From Octopus bimaculoides (Eukaryota), in NCBI RefSeq assembly GCF_001194135.2, contig NC_068998.1:31221049-31285048 (forward strand): 64,000 nucleotides of DNA. The letters run 5' to 3'. Under the pieces are notes generated by a model. That model made no database searches. It was given only the letters and a program-made list of their open reading frames with translations, and had not been told where the DNA came from. The translations under genes were made by a program, and so were the position numbers. Below are positions 12,373-26,124 of the stretch, one piece after another. Numbering within the stretch: position 1 is the stretch's first letter; every line of letters begins with the position of its first letter.

Positions 12373-12984
12373 GTCAGTTTAACTGGAAAGAACCTAAATA
12401 ATTATTAATAAGAAGAGTTGAAATTAATGTACGCGAGATTTCACAGCTCTAACAACCTAGCAACACTCCTCCATAATCAGCTTATTAACTTTTCAACCTA
12501 CTTTTCATTGTACCAGCATTAGTGAGGTTGCCTTGTAACTCACAGGGTAAAAGAGCCTCAACCATTGAAAGATTGAACAGGAGAGAGAATGATGACTTTA
12601 GATGAAGTGTTGGGGGAGGAATGGACTTATTGTCATAAGGAAGTGGTGGTGGACAGATTAACAGAGGATGCAGCAGAGCCATTCTCAAAGTAACATACCT
12701 AAGAAAGTGACAGAAAAATCAAGGTAGGTGAGTGTAAGTTGCAAGAGTGCAATTTAAGCATTATGATTTAGAAGGATAGAATGAAGTGGAGAGGATTCAG
12801 AATTGATAGGTTGGGTGACATAAAAGTGTGTAGAATAGATGATAGAGAAAAGGGAGGGTATTAGATAGGGGAGCTAAGGATTTACTATGCATAGATTGAA
12901 GTCTTTTATCTCAGTTATGAGTGGCTTAGTATGATGAGTAGAAGAGATGTTGGGGAGATGAGAGTGTATAGAATAAGAAGTATG

Positions 12985-13740
12985 CAATGTGGGGAGTGTG
13001 CATTACCTCACTATTTTAGTGGGCAGTTTCCCAAACAGGTATGAGAGGTCAGGTCTTCTGCAGTGTTGTGTATCACCAATCAACATGTTCTCTGTCATCT
13101 TCATCAGATGTAATACCTTGAGATCATTTTCTACTACCTCACCTTCATTTTTCTTTGGTCTCCTCCTTTCATGCTCAACAGTTGCTTCATGCTCCATTTG
13201 CATCACATGCCCATACCAGTGCATCTCCTCTCTTGCACGCTATATCTGATTCTTAAGTTCAGTCTTTCAGTTCATTTATACATTGTTGTTCATGCACATT
13301 AACATGGCACATCTAATGAAGCATGCTCATGTTACTTTGCACATAAGCATTATACATGATGCCTTTGACTTTGAAAGAAAAATTTTTTGTTAGCAGTAGA
13401 GATGAGAGATCGATGACCTTTCTCCAAATATATTCTTATTCTAGCTACCATTCATTTGGAGCACCACCTCCTAGCTAATTAGGTCACATAGGTAACAGAA
13501 GCTCTCAGTTAGTTCTTGAAAATATCTGGGCATATGAGGTAATCTATTTCCCAAGTGCTCTTATTTCTTATTGCTCTGATGCAACTGCTGCATATGAAAT
13601 CTACCTTTTGTAATTGCCTACCTGTGATTCCACTATATTTCTTGTGTCCTTTGTTTACACTGACCATGCCTTATTGAATTTCTCTGATTCCTTTCACGGC
13701 CATTTCCATGATACTATAAGGGACTTGTCTTCCTTCTAAA
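12985..13740 (-). mobile_element. RTE-clade LINE 3' fragment
   Basis: HWYGHVMQM motif and similarity to the RTE copies at 38800-39250 and 53200-53700. Confidence 0.7.
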
Positions 13741-14598
13741 TTGCTAAAATTTTTACTTTCATTAAATTCAGTATCAAGTTTTGTTTGTATGTCTGCCTGC
13801 AGATGTTGTTATAAAAACTAAGTCTTCAATATTAAAAGTATATCATTGTTATTTAACTTAGATGTTACCAATGGTATTCCAGCCATGACAAGACAATCTT
13901 TTTGTATATCCAATATGTTCTTTTTTTTTTTAAATCATAGATTTGGCTTTTTTCTTTTAACAAGCAAGTTGAGTGATCACATAGATGCTATCTTTGTTTG
14001 ATTTGTATATTGTTAAAGCAGATGCTTTGAATTTGGGTAACTTTCTTACTTTTTGTAACACCTGAGCTATGAAGTAGAGGTGGAACTTGTCTTGCAAGTT
14101 GAACAACTCAAGGTGTGTGTGTGTCAATTCAACAGAGTTGTTTTCTTTTCTTCGCTGACACTTGCTAGACTAATGTAAATAGTTTCTTTTCTCTGTGCCA
14201 GATTGTTATGTCTGGTCTCTTGTGCTTACATTTTACAAAGGTTTTGAGAGGAATATTCTTTTTATATAGTTGCACATGCCCCTCTCCCACATCACTGTAA
14301 CTTTTTTCTCTGAGCTTCAAGACTATCCATTCTACGAATTCCACTATGTAGGTGTTGTGGTCTCTACATCATGCTTTAACAGGCACTACTCTCTTCCCCA
14401 TTAACTTATAAAAAGTAAAATAAGAATGATTCAGAATCTGTATCCACCAGCTGGCTGAACTGAAGTAATACCATGGTTAACCATGGATTTAAAATCCCGA
14501 CCTACATGTAAGTAATCTAACATTTTATCCTTAAGTGTGGTCTGATGGCAATATTCTAGGAAATTATTGCTATATTAAACTCTGTTTCTCAATTTCAG

Positions 14599-14834
14599 TC
14601 TATGATGTGACCGGAGCGGCAAGTGACAGAAATTGTGTTGTATTAAATGATATTCACATTGACATTATGGATTATATAGTACCAGCTAGTTGTACCGACA
14701 CAGAGTTCCGACAGATGTGGGCTGAGTTTGAATGGGAGAATAAAGTTGTGGTCAACACTAATATCTCAGAACTCCATGAGTATTTAAACCATGTGATGAG
14801 CTCCACTAACATGAAGTGTCTTACTCCTGAAAAG
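14599..14834 (+). CDS. COPB1: Coatomer subunit beta exon ([27 protein letters not shown]...[10 protein letters not shown]...[10 protein letters not shown])
   Basis: ttcAG acceptor, GTAACA donor at 14835; 236 bp, phase 1/0; conserved beta-COP motifs [10 protein letters not shown] and WAEFEWENK. Confidence 0.96.
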
Positions 14835-15056
14835 GTAACATCAATTGTTTTGGTTTATTGTCTGCTGTTGTTATTTTGGTTTATTGTCTGATGAGATTGA
14901 ATGTAAGGTGTAGTCTACTACCATGATATATTGTGATGTGGTCTAATGACAGGATATAGTGGGATGTACAGGTATTGAACCAAAGTTCAGCTTGGCTTAA
15001 GATATACTATTCCTACATACTTCAACTAATGGTAACTATTTGTTGCTCATTGTTAG

Positions 15057-15212
15057 GCACTTTCTGGAGAATGTGGTTTTATGGCAGCCAACATGTATGC
15101 CCGGTCTATTTTTGGAGAAGATGTCCTAGCCAACCTCAGCATAGAGAAGCCAGCTCATCTTAGTAATGATGCACCAGTACAGGGTCATGTGCGTATTCGA
15201 GCTAAAAGCCAG
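15057..15212 (+). CDS. COPB1: Coatomer subunit beta exon ([31 protein letters not shown]...[10 protein letters not shown])
   Basis: ttAG acceptor, GTAATT donor at 15213; 156 bp, phase 0/0. Confidence 0.96.
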
Positions 15213-15854
15213 GTAATTTGTTTTTCCATTTCTTATTTCATTTTTGTTTCATTTGTTTCAGTCATTATCATCACAGTATATTTTCCATGTTGCTATGGGT
15301 TAGATAGATCAGAAGACCATGTTAAGCTGATGCATTCCATTTCTGGCATGGTTGTTATAACCAGATGGCATTTCTAACACCAGTCACATGACGGAGTTTA
15401 CTAGGCTCATATTATCATGGTATCAGCACTTAGAGGTTGTCATTTTCTTGATGCAACCAAAGAATCCTCTCAACCCTACATTATCTTTAAATACTAACCA
15501 TATTAAAAGTGCACTGGATGCATCATATCATTGACATTGTAAAGGTTGCCGTGTACCTTATGCGAATAAGGACTCCTCTCTTCTCTATGTGGTCTTTATA
15601 TTTTTCAGGTGACCAAGAGTATGAATATGAGTGTAGTGGGATGGTAGGAGGGATAGAGATACGTACACATTGGTCTGTTGTTAGTTTGTAAGAGGATGGA
15701 TAAGTAGTTTGCTGAAATGACAATAAAGATATATCATAATGAGAGATAGTGAGTGGTGGATAGCAACTAAGGTGGTGATGATAAGAGTTGTAGGAGTCAA
15801 GTAAAAGTTACATGGGGCCGAGAGGCAGGGCTAGAATGATGGTTAGCAGTAGAG

Positions 15855-15889
<35 letters not shown>

Positions 15890-16679
15890 AATCTGTATAT
15901 GATGGGATTCTAGACTCTCATGTCAATTTTGGCATATGAACATCTAGTTGTTTAATAAACTAGACAGCCAACTCATTGAATTAGCATACCAAGTGGCTGA
16001 ATATTCTTGAGATACATGTACCCTTCATGTAATTCTCAGGTAGAATCAATATGACATAGTGTGACGAGGCTGGACCTTTAAATTATAAGTACAGTCCATT
16101 TCATATAAGCTTGTATACAGTTTCTGCTTATTCAAACTCATTCACATAACTTGGGTTGACCCAAGGCTATGGTAAATGCACTTGTAGAAGATGTCAGGCA
16201 GTGGAATCAAACCCTGGAATTAATGATTGTGAAACAAACTTCTAATTCAATCAGCCATGCCTAAGTCCATATGTATATATCTATGTATATATTCATATAT
16301 TTGTACACAAAAACTCTTTCTCTGTAATTTACACACATGTACCTTACACATACATACACACAGAAAATATACTTTATTTGCTATTATGGCAATGAATATT
16401 TGGGGAAGGATTTGAGTGGGGTACCTGAAATTATATGGGGCTGGATGAAATTGAATCTATCCTCTCTGCTCCCTTTCCTTTATCTGAACATGGTTTCAAG
16501 TTGCCAGGAGGTCAGCTCAGTGGTAATAGGGGTTGGTAATCTGAAATCGCTACACTGGAATAATTTAAAAAAAAAAAGTCACAGGTGAATTTGTTGGTAT
16601 GGCTGTTTGGTATGCTATACACCTTAGAATAAACTCATGTGATGCTGCCATCTCTTCCATGATAGACGACCATGTAGAG

Positions 16680-16976
16680 CAGGGATTCTCAACCATTTTT
16701 TATCCATGGATCCCCTTTGATTATTATTTTATTCTGATGGACCCCCGTAGCCATTCGATGCTTAACATCTAGTTTTATAGAATACTATTTATTAATGTCT
16801 TCACATTAATTTTTGTAGGTTGAACGATGTAAAATGTTAGAGAAAGAAACCTAGCTGTTTCTAGCATACATACCAATACCTACGTCTAAAGCAAAATTTT
16901 TTCAAGGGCCCTTAGAATATTATTGTGGATCCCCAGTTTATTATTTTATTGTATGGACCAAGGTTCAGAACCACTG
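16680..16976. mobile_element. hAT (Charlie-like) MITE
   Basis: TIR CAGGGATTCTCAACC / GGTTCAGAACCACTG; 8-bp TSD ATGTAGAG at 16672-16679 and 16977-16984 (resembles the Charlie NTCTAGAN preference). Confidence 0.88.
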
Positions 16977-17952
16977 ATGTAGAGGATGGACTTCTTGTTA
17001 GTTTGTTTAAAAGAGAGTAATTAACACTGTGATAAAATAAGGAAAGAAATATTTATGGATTGAGTACTATTAGACAAATATGGAATAATAATAACTTTGA
17101 TATCTTTGATAGGTTTCAGCCAGTATAGGCCCAGGCCATGTCTAACTTAATACAAAGGAAAATTAGATGTATCATAACAGAAAAATTACACAAATTGGGA
17201 ATCAGATGTGTAAATATCATTTAGCAACTTGCAGACAGAGTGTCTGGGGCATGAATTTTATGCTAGTATATATAATAATTAAAATCCAGAAGTGAGTGAC
17301 AAAAATGATTTCATTCTGTGTGTGAAAGTTATGATGTTTCGCATATGGATACGTCTATGTAAACAATGCAATCAAAGATAGAAAAATAGGTGATGGGTGT
17401 ATATGCATATTTCAGGAGTTCTTGCTCCTTCTTCAGTACCACATCCAAACCATTAACCATCCACAAGCACATTGCTTCAACAGCCACTAAATTTAGCAGT
17501 GTGACATAATTGAATATACCAATCTTACATATTAAGCATATTTCTGGCAACTGGTACATACATATTAGTTACTGGTAGGGACACTGTATTTCATTATGCA
17601 ACCATAATATACTACCAATTATATTAAATGTGTATAAGTCAGTATTGTGTCCCACCTGTGTTAGCATTATGATTCAATCATTATGTATGTATGTGTGTAT
17701 ATATATATATATATATGGAAAGTGGACGTTAAACGATGATGATGATGATGATGATGATAAATGTCTAGTTAGAATAGAGGCAGCTGATGAATAATTCCAA
17801 GTGGCTTTCTGTTTTCCTATGTGTTCGTTCCATTGTCTGTAGTTCATTGTTCTAACATCCTGTACCCTGATATGCATCTATATACACATGTAGATGTAAG
17901 TATATACATATATGTGTGTATACATGCATATATATTCTTTGTATTATATATA

Positions 17953-18018
<66 letters not shown>

Positions 18019-18109
18019 TAAATAGTTGTATTTCAGGATGGTAATTTTTTTCCCTTTTTCCCAAATAGACACAGGCACTATCTATTCATTCTTCATTCAT
18101 TTATTACTT

Positions 18110-18905
18110 CCTATGTTGTTTGTATCTGTGCCCTTTATATAGTTTCTTTTGTTTATCTAGTTATCTCTATTTCTTATATTTATCATAGGTATGCGCATAT
18201 TTTTCTATTGTATGTGTATTGCACTGTATTTTTTTGTTTTTTTCCCTTCTGTCTTTAGTTGTGTTGGATGGTGTGGTGGTGGTGGGTGTTATTGTTCCAT
18301 TTGTGTTTTCTGTTGAGGCTCGATCTGTCTATTGCTATGTGTGTAGCTTCTGCAATTTGTGTCGTGTCAGTTCAATGCATTGATAATACTTTAACCTCTA
18401 TGTTATTAACCAAGCTTCTATGTCCTGCTCGAGCATGTTGGAAGAACACTGATGAGCCTTTCTCCTCTTTGAGCTCCCACCAGTGTTTACCCATACACTC
18501 CTCTATGCTGCATGCTGTCTCTCCAATGTAAGTAGTTGTCTTGTTTCTGCACTGTCTTTCAGTACACCATAAGCTATATACTATATTCTTAACCTTGCAG
18601 TTAACCTGTGGGTTCATCCTACATACTATACAATTGTTCTCCATACATGGGGACCTATCGAAGGGATAAGTTCTACAGATAATGGATTTTATGGGGGTTC
18701 CAGGCCTTTCTACTACTTTATTCCATAGATTAGCCTTGTCTAATGCTTTTCTAAAAAGGTATGCTAGTTCGCTGCCAGGGGTAGCATCAACAAACTTGAT
18801 ACTCTGGTATATTTTGTTGTCATACCATGAGTTGGCCTTATCTATCTTTTTTGTGGTGTTCCAGGGTTTACTCCTGTATAGCAGGCAGATCCCCTTTGCA
18901 TCACT
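18110..18905 (-). mobile_element. Inverted, 5'-truncated Penelope-like element copy (GIY-YIG end)
   Basis: Minus ORF CIVCRMNPQVNCKVKNIVYSLWC...TTTYIGETA...; reverse complement of 22330-23110. Confidence 0.88.
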
Positions 18906-21900
18906 CTCAACTACATCAACAACAATGACAACGGCAACAGCAACTATCGCAATGGTACCAGCATGGGCAACGTTTAAACACAGAGAGATACAGGAATGGT
19001 ACCAAAAGTCAGGGTCAAGGGCAGCAGCAGTGGCAACAGGGGGACAGGAGTGAGGGGAGGATCATATTGCTACTAAGAATAACAGTGATAACAATGACAA
19101 CAATATAAAGGGCGTATGCATAGACATGCATACACACATGCATGTACACACACACACACAAATATAGATGTAAGCGCATGCACATATAAGGATACATATC
19201 ATAGAAGAACAGAATGGACAAGGCGGGGCAGGAGCACACATGAGGACAGAAAGTGTTGCTGAAAAGGTCACAGATGTGTCGCAAAAGATATCGAGACAAT
19301 GAACATGAGTTAAAATAAGAACAGTAATAAATGAGTGAAGAACGAATATATAGTGCATGTGTTTATTTGGCAAAAAAAAAAAAAAAATTACCATCCCAAA
19401 ATAACTACAATATCTGTTTCAACACACAGTTTCACATCAGGAATCTTGCAACACAAATTCATAAATGTAATGTGAGCCTCAGCCAGGCTAGCAAGACGTT
19501 GAAAAACACTATATTTTGTTGTCTTAAAAAGATCATCACAACACAACTTCACTTCATAAAACTGTGTGTCTACTTCAGAATGTATACTAACACATTCACT
19601 AATAAGGTGGAAAGACTACAACAAACTAGAGGACAGGCTGAAAGACTAAAAAGAACACTAATGATAAACACTAAGAATAGAATTTATACAGATTAGAGAC
19701 TAGAAAAACACTAATGTGTATTACTACGGGAAGTAAAATACATCACTACACCAACAGGGAGAACAACTTCACCAAGGAAGCATTTTTATCAGACGCAAAT
19801 GCGATGAACACTTCAACAAAAAATTTACATGGATGAAGTAATAAGCAACAATATAAAATCAAGCAAGAAGCAAAATGGAGGTACCTGGATAAGATTGATG
19901 GGATATAGATGGTAGACGCCCCACTAATGGCTGAATTTAGCAAGGGCAATGAAGTGAATATCTATGGAGATACAACAATTGACATGGAAGAACAGTCCAT
20001 ACTCCAACTACCACCAAAGTGCACCGTATACAGAAATATAATACATTCTCTCTCTGAAATAGTAAAAGCATTCACTGAAGTTCAGTGTAACCTGAACAAA
20101 CATAACAACAACAACGACACAAATGGCCACAACACAAACAACATCAACAGTAACAACAATAATAATACCTCCAAACACGTTGACAATAACAACAGTAATG
20201 GTAACTTCACAGATAGCCACTACAACACAAACAATGATGACAACAACAACAACAACCACCACCACCACCACCATGATGATGGCAACCTGAATGAACACAC
20301 AAACACAAAAAGATACAAAACTACATCAAAGTGAGGGTCAAGGACAGCAGCAACAGTAACAGAGAGGGGAATGCAGGTGAGGGGAAGGTCTAGATACCAA
20401 AGATTGATGTCACTAGGAACAACTAACGGTAACAACAACAATAACAATAACAATGGTACTGTAGAGAAGAACGAACACAGAAAGACACAGACATGCCAAA
20501 CTTAGGGGCCAGAACAGGTGCAGCAGCAGCACTGAAGAAAATGAAGATAGAGGGTGGATCAGCAGTATGGGAGACAATAACTATAAGAATAACAATAATA
20601 GTAGGGATGGTAACAACAACAAGAATAACAATAATAGAGAGGATACTAACAACAACGAAAACAACTATGAAAACATGCAAACCAACACAAACATTTCTAA
20701 CAACAACAATACACATAGAAACACCATCACCACCTGCAACAACAACAGAGACAACCAAAGAGGTGGTCACCAGAGAAATGATAGGATAGAAAGTAGTATA
20801 ACAGGTATAAACGACACTAACCCTTTTCATACCCTATTCTGCAATCAATATGATATTCATATGATATGAGTCGTATTTATCTGACAACCCTACCCTTCAA
20901 CAAAAAAGTTTGCATCTCTCAACAGAAAAATGATGAAATAGAAGCACACTTCAACATAGCCAGTACTAAACTTAGATTTTAGAACAATACACTAGAAGAC
21001 AGAGTAGATAAGAGGTACAGCAACTTGATAAGATGTCCACAAGTGGCCTGTGCAAGCTCATACAGCGCACAAATATAGCCAACTCCACCAGAGTATTACA
21101 ATAACAATAGACTACCCTAACAAGCACCCAGACTATTGGATACCGGTTTTAGACACGTGCTTTCCCACGGACAAATCCAGCAGAATGTCGATAGACAACC
21201 TCCTGAACTACATCCAGGTGATGCTACCCTACATCATCAGTATTAGGGAAACAACAGTATTTGAGTATGAAGAGAGAGAGAAGATCCTCAACACTCCTAT
21301 GATGATGTGGTCAAACATCCTGGGGACAAAGAAGTGCATGACCAACAACTTAAAGGCCAGTAATTACATCTGCCTGGCACTGTTTGGGCTCTGCAAGGAC
21401 CATTAGGCAACCACAGATCCAGTAACAGGACCACCAATGTGACAGGTCTGCAGAGCCAATGTTGCCAACGACTACTGAATCTCCTGCTAGAAATATGTGG
21501 AGGTGATCAATGAGGGCGACATGGAGTTTCATAGTGTCGACACAGAAGAACTGGGCTTTCTCCTGAGACTGACATGTTACAAAGATTACTTAGATGAACA
21601 TGACCATAGCTGTTTCTGCCCCACTGCATCAGTAAAAGGTAAACCCCCTACTATAACCTCTATGGCCAAGAAAACCCCTAGAGAGAGATGGAATGGGTGG
21701 GCCAGACCTATACAGACACCCAAAAACAATGATCGGTTTAAAAAGATCACACATGTGGTGGGTGCAAGTACCAAAATCACATTCAAGGCCACATATTTAA
21801 GTTTAATAACAAGATATCCATCCAAGAGGAAGGTGCAGTCATCAGTGTCAATATTGCTGGCAATGTAGCTAACCTATTTATGGTATGGTGGGATAGGAAA

Positions 21901-23735
21901 CTCAAGGAGAAATTAACAGAAAACTCTATGACCCTTATCATGTACTCCCAACAAGACAATCTTAATGATCTAGAAGCTAACGCTATGGAAAGCATTCAGT
22001 GAATAGCCAACTCCATCAGAGTACTAAAATAACAATAGACTATCCTAACAAGCACCTAGACTATAGGATACCGGTTTTAGACACAAAACTCTGACTGGAA
22101 ACCAAGAAAAATAAAGTCCAGATCTTTCACTCCCATTATACCCATGGCCTCTAATAGTAGATTTGGTGAGAGACATGACGAATGTGTCCCACATATGCGA
22201 CTGTATAGAATTGGAAAGACATGTACACCACTTCATCTACTGCATGCAATTCTCTAGCTACAACCAAAGGGACAGGATTAGAGTGTACAAAGGAGCCACC
22301 GCTAAGTACAAGGCCATCATAGAGAGTGATGCAAAGGGGATCTGCCCGCTATACAGGAGTAAATCATGGAACAGCACAAGAAAAACCAGAAAAAAGATAG
22401 TTATGGCCAACTCATGGTATGACAGCAACAAATATCAGTGTCATGTTTGTTGATGCTATCCCTGGCAGTGAACTAGCATACTTTTTTTAGAAAAACATTA
22501 GATAAGGCCAATCTACAGATTAAAGAAGTAGAAAGATCTGGTGCTCCTATAAAATCCCTGATCTGTAGAACTTGTCCTTTTGATAGGTCTTCATGTAAAA
22601 TGAACACACAGGTTAACTGTAAGGTTAGGAATATAGTATATAGCTTATGGTGTACTGAGGGACAGTGCAGAAACAAGACAACTACTTACATTGGAGAGAT
22701 AGCATGCAGCATAGGCGAACACCGGTAGGTACTCTAAGAGGAGAAAGGCTCATCAGTGTTCTTCCAACATGCACAAGCAGAACATAGAGGCTTGGTTAAT
22801 AACATAGAGGTTAAGGTATTATCAATGCATAGAACTGACAGGACACTTAGACAGATTACAGAGGCTACACACATAGCAATAGACAGACTGAGCCTCAACA
22901 GAAAACACAAATGGAACAATAACATCCATCACCACCATGCCAAGCAACACAACGACTAAAGACAGAGAAGGCTGAGAAAAAAACAAAAAAACATACAAAC
23001 AGTGTAATACATACACAATAGAAAAATATGCACATACCTATGATAAATATAAAAAATAGAGATAACTAGATAAACAAAAAAAAACTGTATAAAGGGCACA
23101 GATACAAACAACATAAGAAGCGAACCCATATACACACACACAAACAAACATACAGTAACTTCACAAACGGCCGCAACATCAACAATGTGACCAACAATGA
23201 CAACAGCAACAATGGCAATAACAACAACTACCACAATGGCAGTAACATGGGTGAACACACAGAGAGATATAGGAACAATACCAAAAGTCGGGGACAAGGG
23301 CAGCGGCAACGGGTGAGGGGAGGATCATAGTGCTACTAAGAACAATGACAATAATAATGGCAACAATATAAAGGGTGTAAGTCCATATATACACATATAG
23401 GCACACATGCATGCACACACACACTCAAATACAGACCCAAATGTATGCGCATATAAGGATACACATCACAGAAGAACAGAATGGACTAAGCAAAGCAGGA
23501 ACACACATGAGGATGGAAAGTGTCATTGAAGAGGTCACAGATGTATGATGAAAAATTTCCAGACAGTGGACATTAGCTAAAATAAGAATAGTAATAAATG
23601 AGTGAAGAACAAATATATAGTGTGTGTATTTATTTAGCAAAAAATAAAAAGAATGTTAAAAATGACTATCCTGAAATATAGCAATATCTGTTTCAACACA
23701 GTTTCACATCAGGAATCTTGCAACACAGATTCATA
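18906..23735 (+). mobile_element. Decayed near-complete Penelope-like element with direct pseudo-LTRs
   Basis: Direct repeats ~18906-19460 and ~23160-23735. Broken ORF: N-terminus NICFNTQFHI, Asn-rich region, RT remnants (MVWWDRKL, IDYPNKHPD), then GIY-YIG (VYSLWC..YIGE, LRQITEA). Confidence 0.85.
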
Positions 23736-23747
23736 AACATATACATA

Positions 23748-23916
23748 GGCACAGACATGGCTGTGTGGTAAGAAGTTTGCTTCCTAACCACATAGTTCTG
23801 GGTTTAGCCCCACTGTGTGGCACCTTGGGCAAGTGTCTTCTACTATTTCCTTGGGCAGACCAAATCTTTGTGAGTAGATTTGGTAGATAGAAATTGAAAG
23901 AAGCCCATTGTGTGTG

Positions 23917-23952
<36 letters not shown>

Positions 23953-24080
23953 ACACACTCACACACATGTGCATCTTTGTCTTTGTCCTCCATCACCTCT
24001 TGGCAGCAAGTGTTGGTGTGTTTATGTCCCTGTAACTTGGTAGTCCAGTAAAGAGACCAATAAAATAAGTACCAGGCTTT
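23748..24080 (+). mobile_element. tRNA-derived SINE
   Basis: A-box-like TGGCTGTGTGGTAAG and B-box-like GGTTTAGCCC head, internal (TA)n. Inverted copies at ~16040-16270, 39530-39700 and 41095-41230. Confidence 0.7.
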
Positions 24081-24765
24081 GTATAGGAGTTCCCACGTTT
24101 ACAAATTCCCTAAGTATCATGTGAAGAGATGATGTTCAGCAACTATTTGATGGTTTACTGTAACAAACATGTACTGAATTCATCCTTCACAATCTGTAAT
24201 CTTTCTGAAGTAAGTTGTCAAGGACAAGCAAACTAAGTAAGCTCATTTGTTTCAATATGGTGAATTTTGTAACCAGGTAACATGAATAACACAAGGACAT
24301 GCATGCAGTCTGCTGCTGACTTCATGTACCACAATAGTGGTAAGATGATGATGACACTGCATTAACACTACCTGTTTGTTTGGAACTCCTCTTCCTCTTT
24401 GACTCATTATCACCTCTCATTTTAGTTGGAATGTGGCTTATGCATGTGGCAGTTCCCTTGTAGCTGATGTTTAAATTATGACTCAGAGCCTTGTACAGGT
24501 CAGCTGCAGAAGTAAGAAAGGAAGCAACAGTTCACTACTGAAGTCAGTGGAATGAAATTGATGGTCTTTTTTTTTTCTTTTTCCACTTCTTGTGACTCTT
24601 TTTATAACTTCAAGAAATGGAATGCCACTTGTTTAAGATATTTTAGATCTTTTGTTTGAATGCAGAACCAATGCTCTTAACCTTACTTAGATTATCACAT
24701 TCCCTATATTGATCCATGTGATTCAACATTACCATCAGTATTATTGCAGAATCTCTTTTCACTTT

Positions 24766-24974
24766 AAGGCGGCGAGCTGGCAGAAGCGCCGGGCGAAGTG
24801 CTTAGCGGTATTTCGTCTGTCTTTATGTTCTGAGTTCAAATTCCACTGAAGTCAGCTTTACTTTTCATCCTTTTGGGGTTGATGAATTAAGTACCAGTTG
24901 TGTACTGGGCTTGATCTAATCGACTGGCCCCGTTCCCAAAAGTTTCAGGCCTTGTGCCTAGAGTAGAAAAGAAT
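24766..24974 (+). mobile_element. tRNA-derived SINE (second family)
   Basis: Head GGCGGCGAGCTGGCAGAA...GAGTTCAAATTCC (A/B-box-like). A truncated inverted copy lies at 49321-49418 and a tail remnant at ~26055-26124. Confidence 0.72.
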
Positions 24975-25666
24975 CTTTTTTTCTCTTTGGAAATATTGGA
25001 TTGCAGAAGTCTGTGTGACAAAAAAGGGCAATTACATTTTGATTGTGTGTCATCTTGTCTGCAAGATCTAACATCTTGAGATCTGACTTCATCACTTCTT
25101 CCAATGTATTTATTGCTTTTCCTCTGACATATTTTATCTATTGCTACTATAAGCCCTTTCTTACACCCCAGCTGCCTCCCTTTTGATGTCACATGTCCAT
25201 ACTACTTATTTCCTCTTTGCCAGTATTTTAGATAATTTGTTGCCACCACTGCAAGTTAATAGAGTAAGCATATTAATAAATTAATATGCTTCAGTTCTCC
25301 ATTGGGAAAATTGCATTGCTTCATGGCCTTAACTACTGGATGGACTAACCTACTAAGAGTGGAAGTGCAGTGGAAAATGTTTTGTTCTAGTTCAGTATTT
25401 TTGTTCATTTGGCAGTGATGTAAAACCACTGAATGAGTTGGGTGGAGGGTTAATTTCACTTATTTCTTCATTAAAATTCATAGTAGATTTTTTCTTATTT
25501 GGTGCAAGAAACAAAAAAAAAGCTGCATGTAATAATGATAATGGTTGTGAAATTATAATTAATGTGAAATCGATGTTGTTGAGGAATTTTATAGACAGTA
25601 CTAACAATGAATCATGATATCCCTTATTATTTATGCCACACTGTATCTGTTTTCTTTCTTTTCCAG

Positions 25667-25744
25667 GGTATGGCATTGAGCATGGGTGACAAAATCAACC
25701 TTTCTCAGAAAAAGATCTTGAAAACTGGACCTGGGACCAACTAA
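25667..25744 (+). CDS. COPB1: Coatomer subunit beta terminal coding exon (GMALSMGDKINLSQKKILKTGPGTN*)
   Basis: Polypyrimidine tract plus ccAG acceptor; GMALS.GDKINLSQK is the known beta-COP C-terminus; TAA at 25742-25744. Last intron is ~10.5 kb. Confidence 0.93.
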   Translation, partial: GMALSMGDKINLSQKKILKTGPGTN

Positions 25745-25882
25745 ATCAGTTATTACAACCACAAAGACACATACATGCTCTCAGAGATACACTTAACCAT
25801 ATATGTAATTTCAGTTTCTGTATTTTATTCTTATTTTACAGAAAAGTACTTCAGTTGACCTGCTATAAACTAGCCATATATC

Positions 25883-25888
25883 AATAAA
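25883..25888 (+). promoter_or_regulatory. Candidate polyadenylation signal of COPB1
   Basis: AATAAA 139 nt downstream of the COPB1 stop codon. Confidence 0.5.
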
Positions 25889-26016
25889 TATATCAAACAA
25901 AGATTTTTGGCTTTTGTTTACACAATCACAGATGTGTCTCAGACAGATGTGACACCTACAAACAAATAAGGGTCCTAAATAGTTAGTTAGTCATCATGGG
26001 CATTCTTCTTCTTATC

Positions 26017-26054
<38 letters not shown>

Positions 26055-26124
26055 TTCAGATTTTGGTGCAAGGCCAGCAATTTTGGGGCAGTGTTAAGGT
26101 GATTACATCAACTTTAGTGCTCAA

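Noticed and set aside
19909-20869. Asn-rich ORFs resembling host low-complexity proteins
   Set aside because: They lie inside the PLE between pLTR and RT; no splice or homology support for a host gene.
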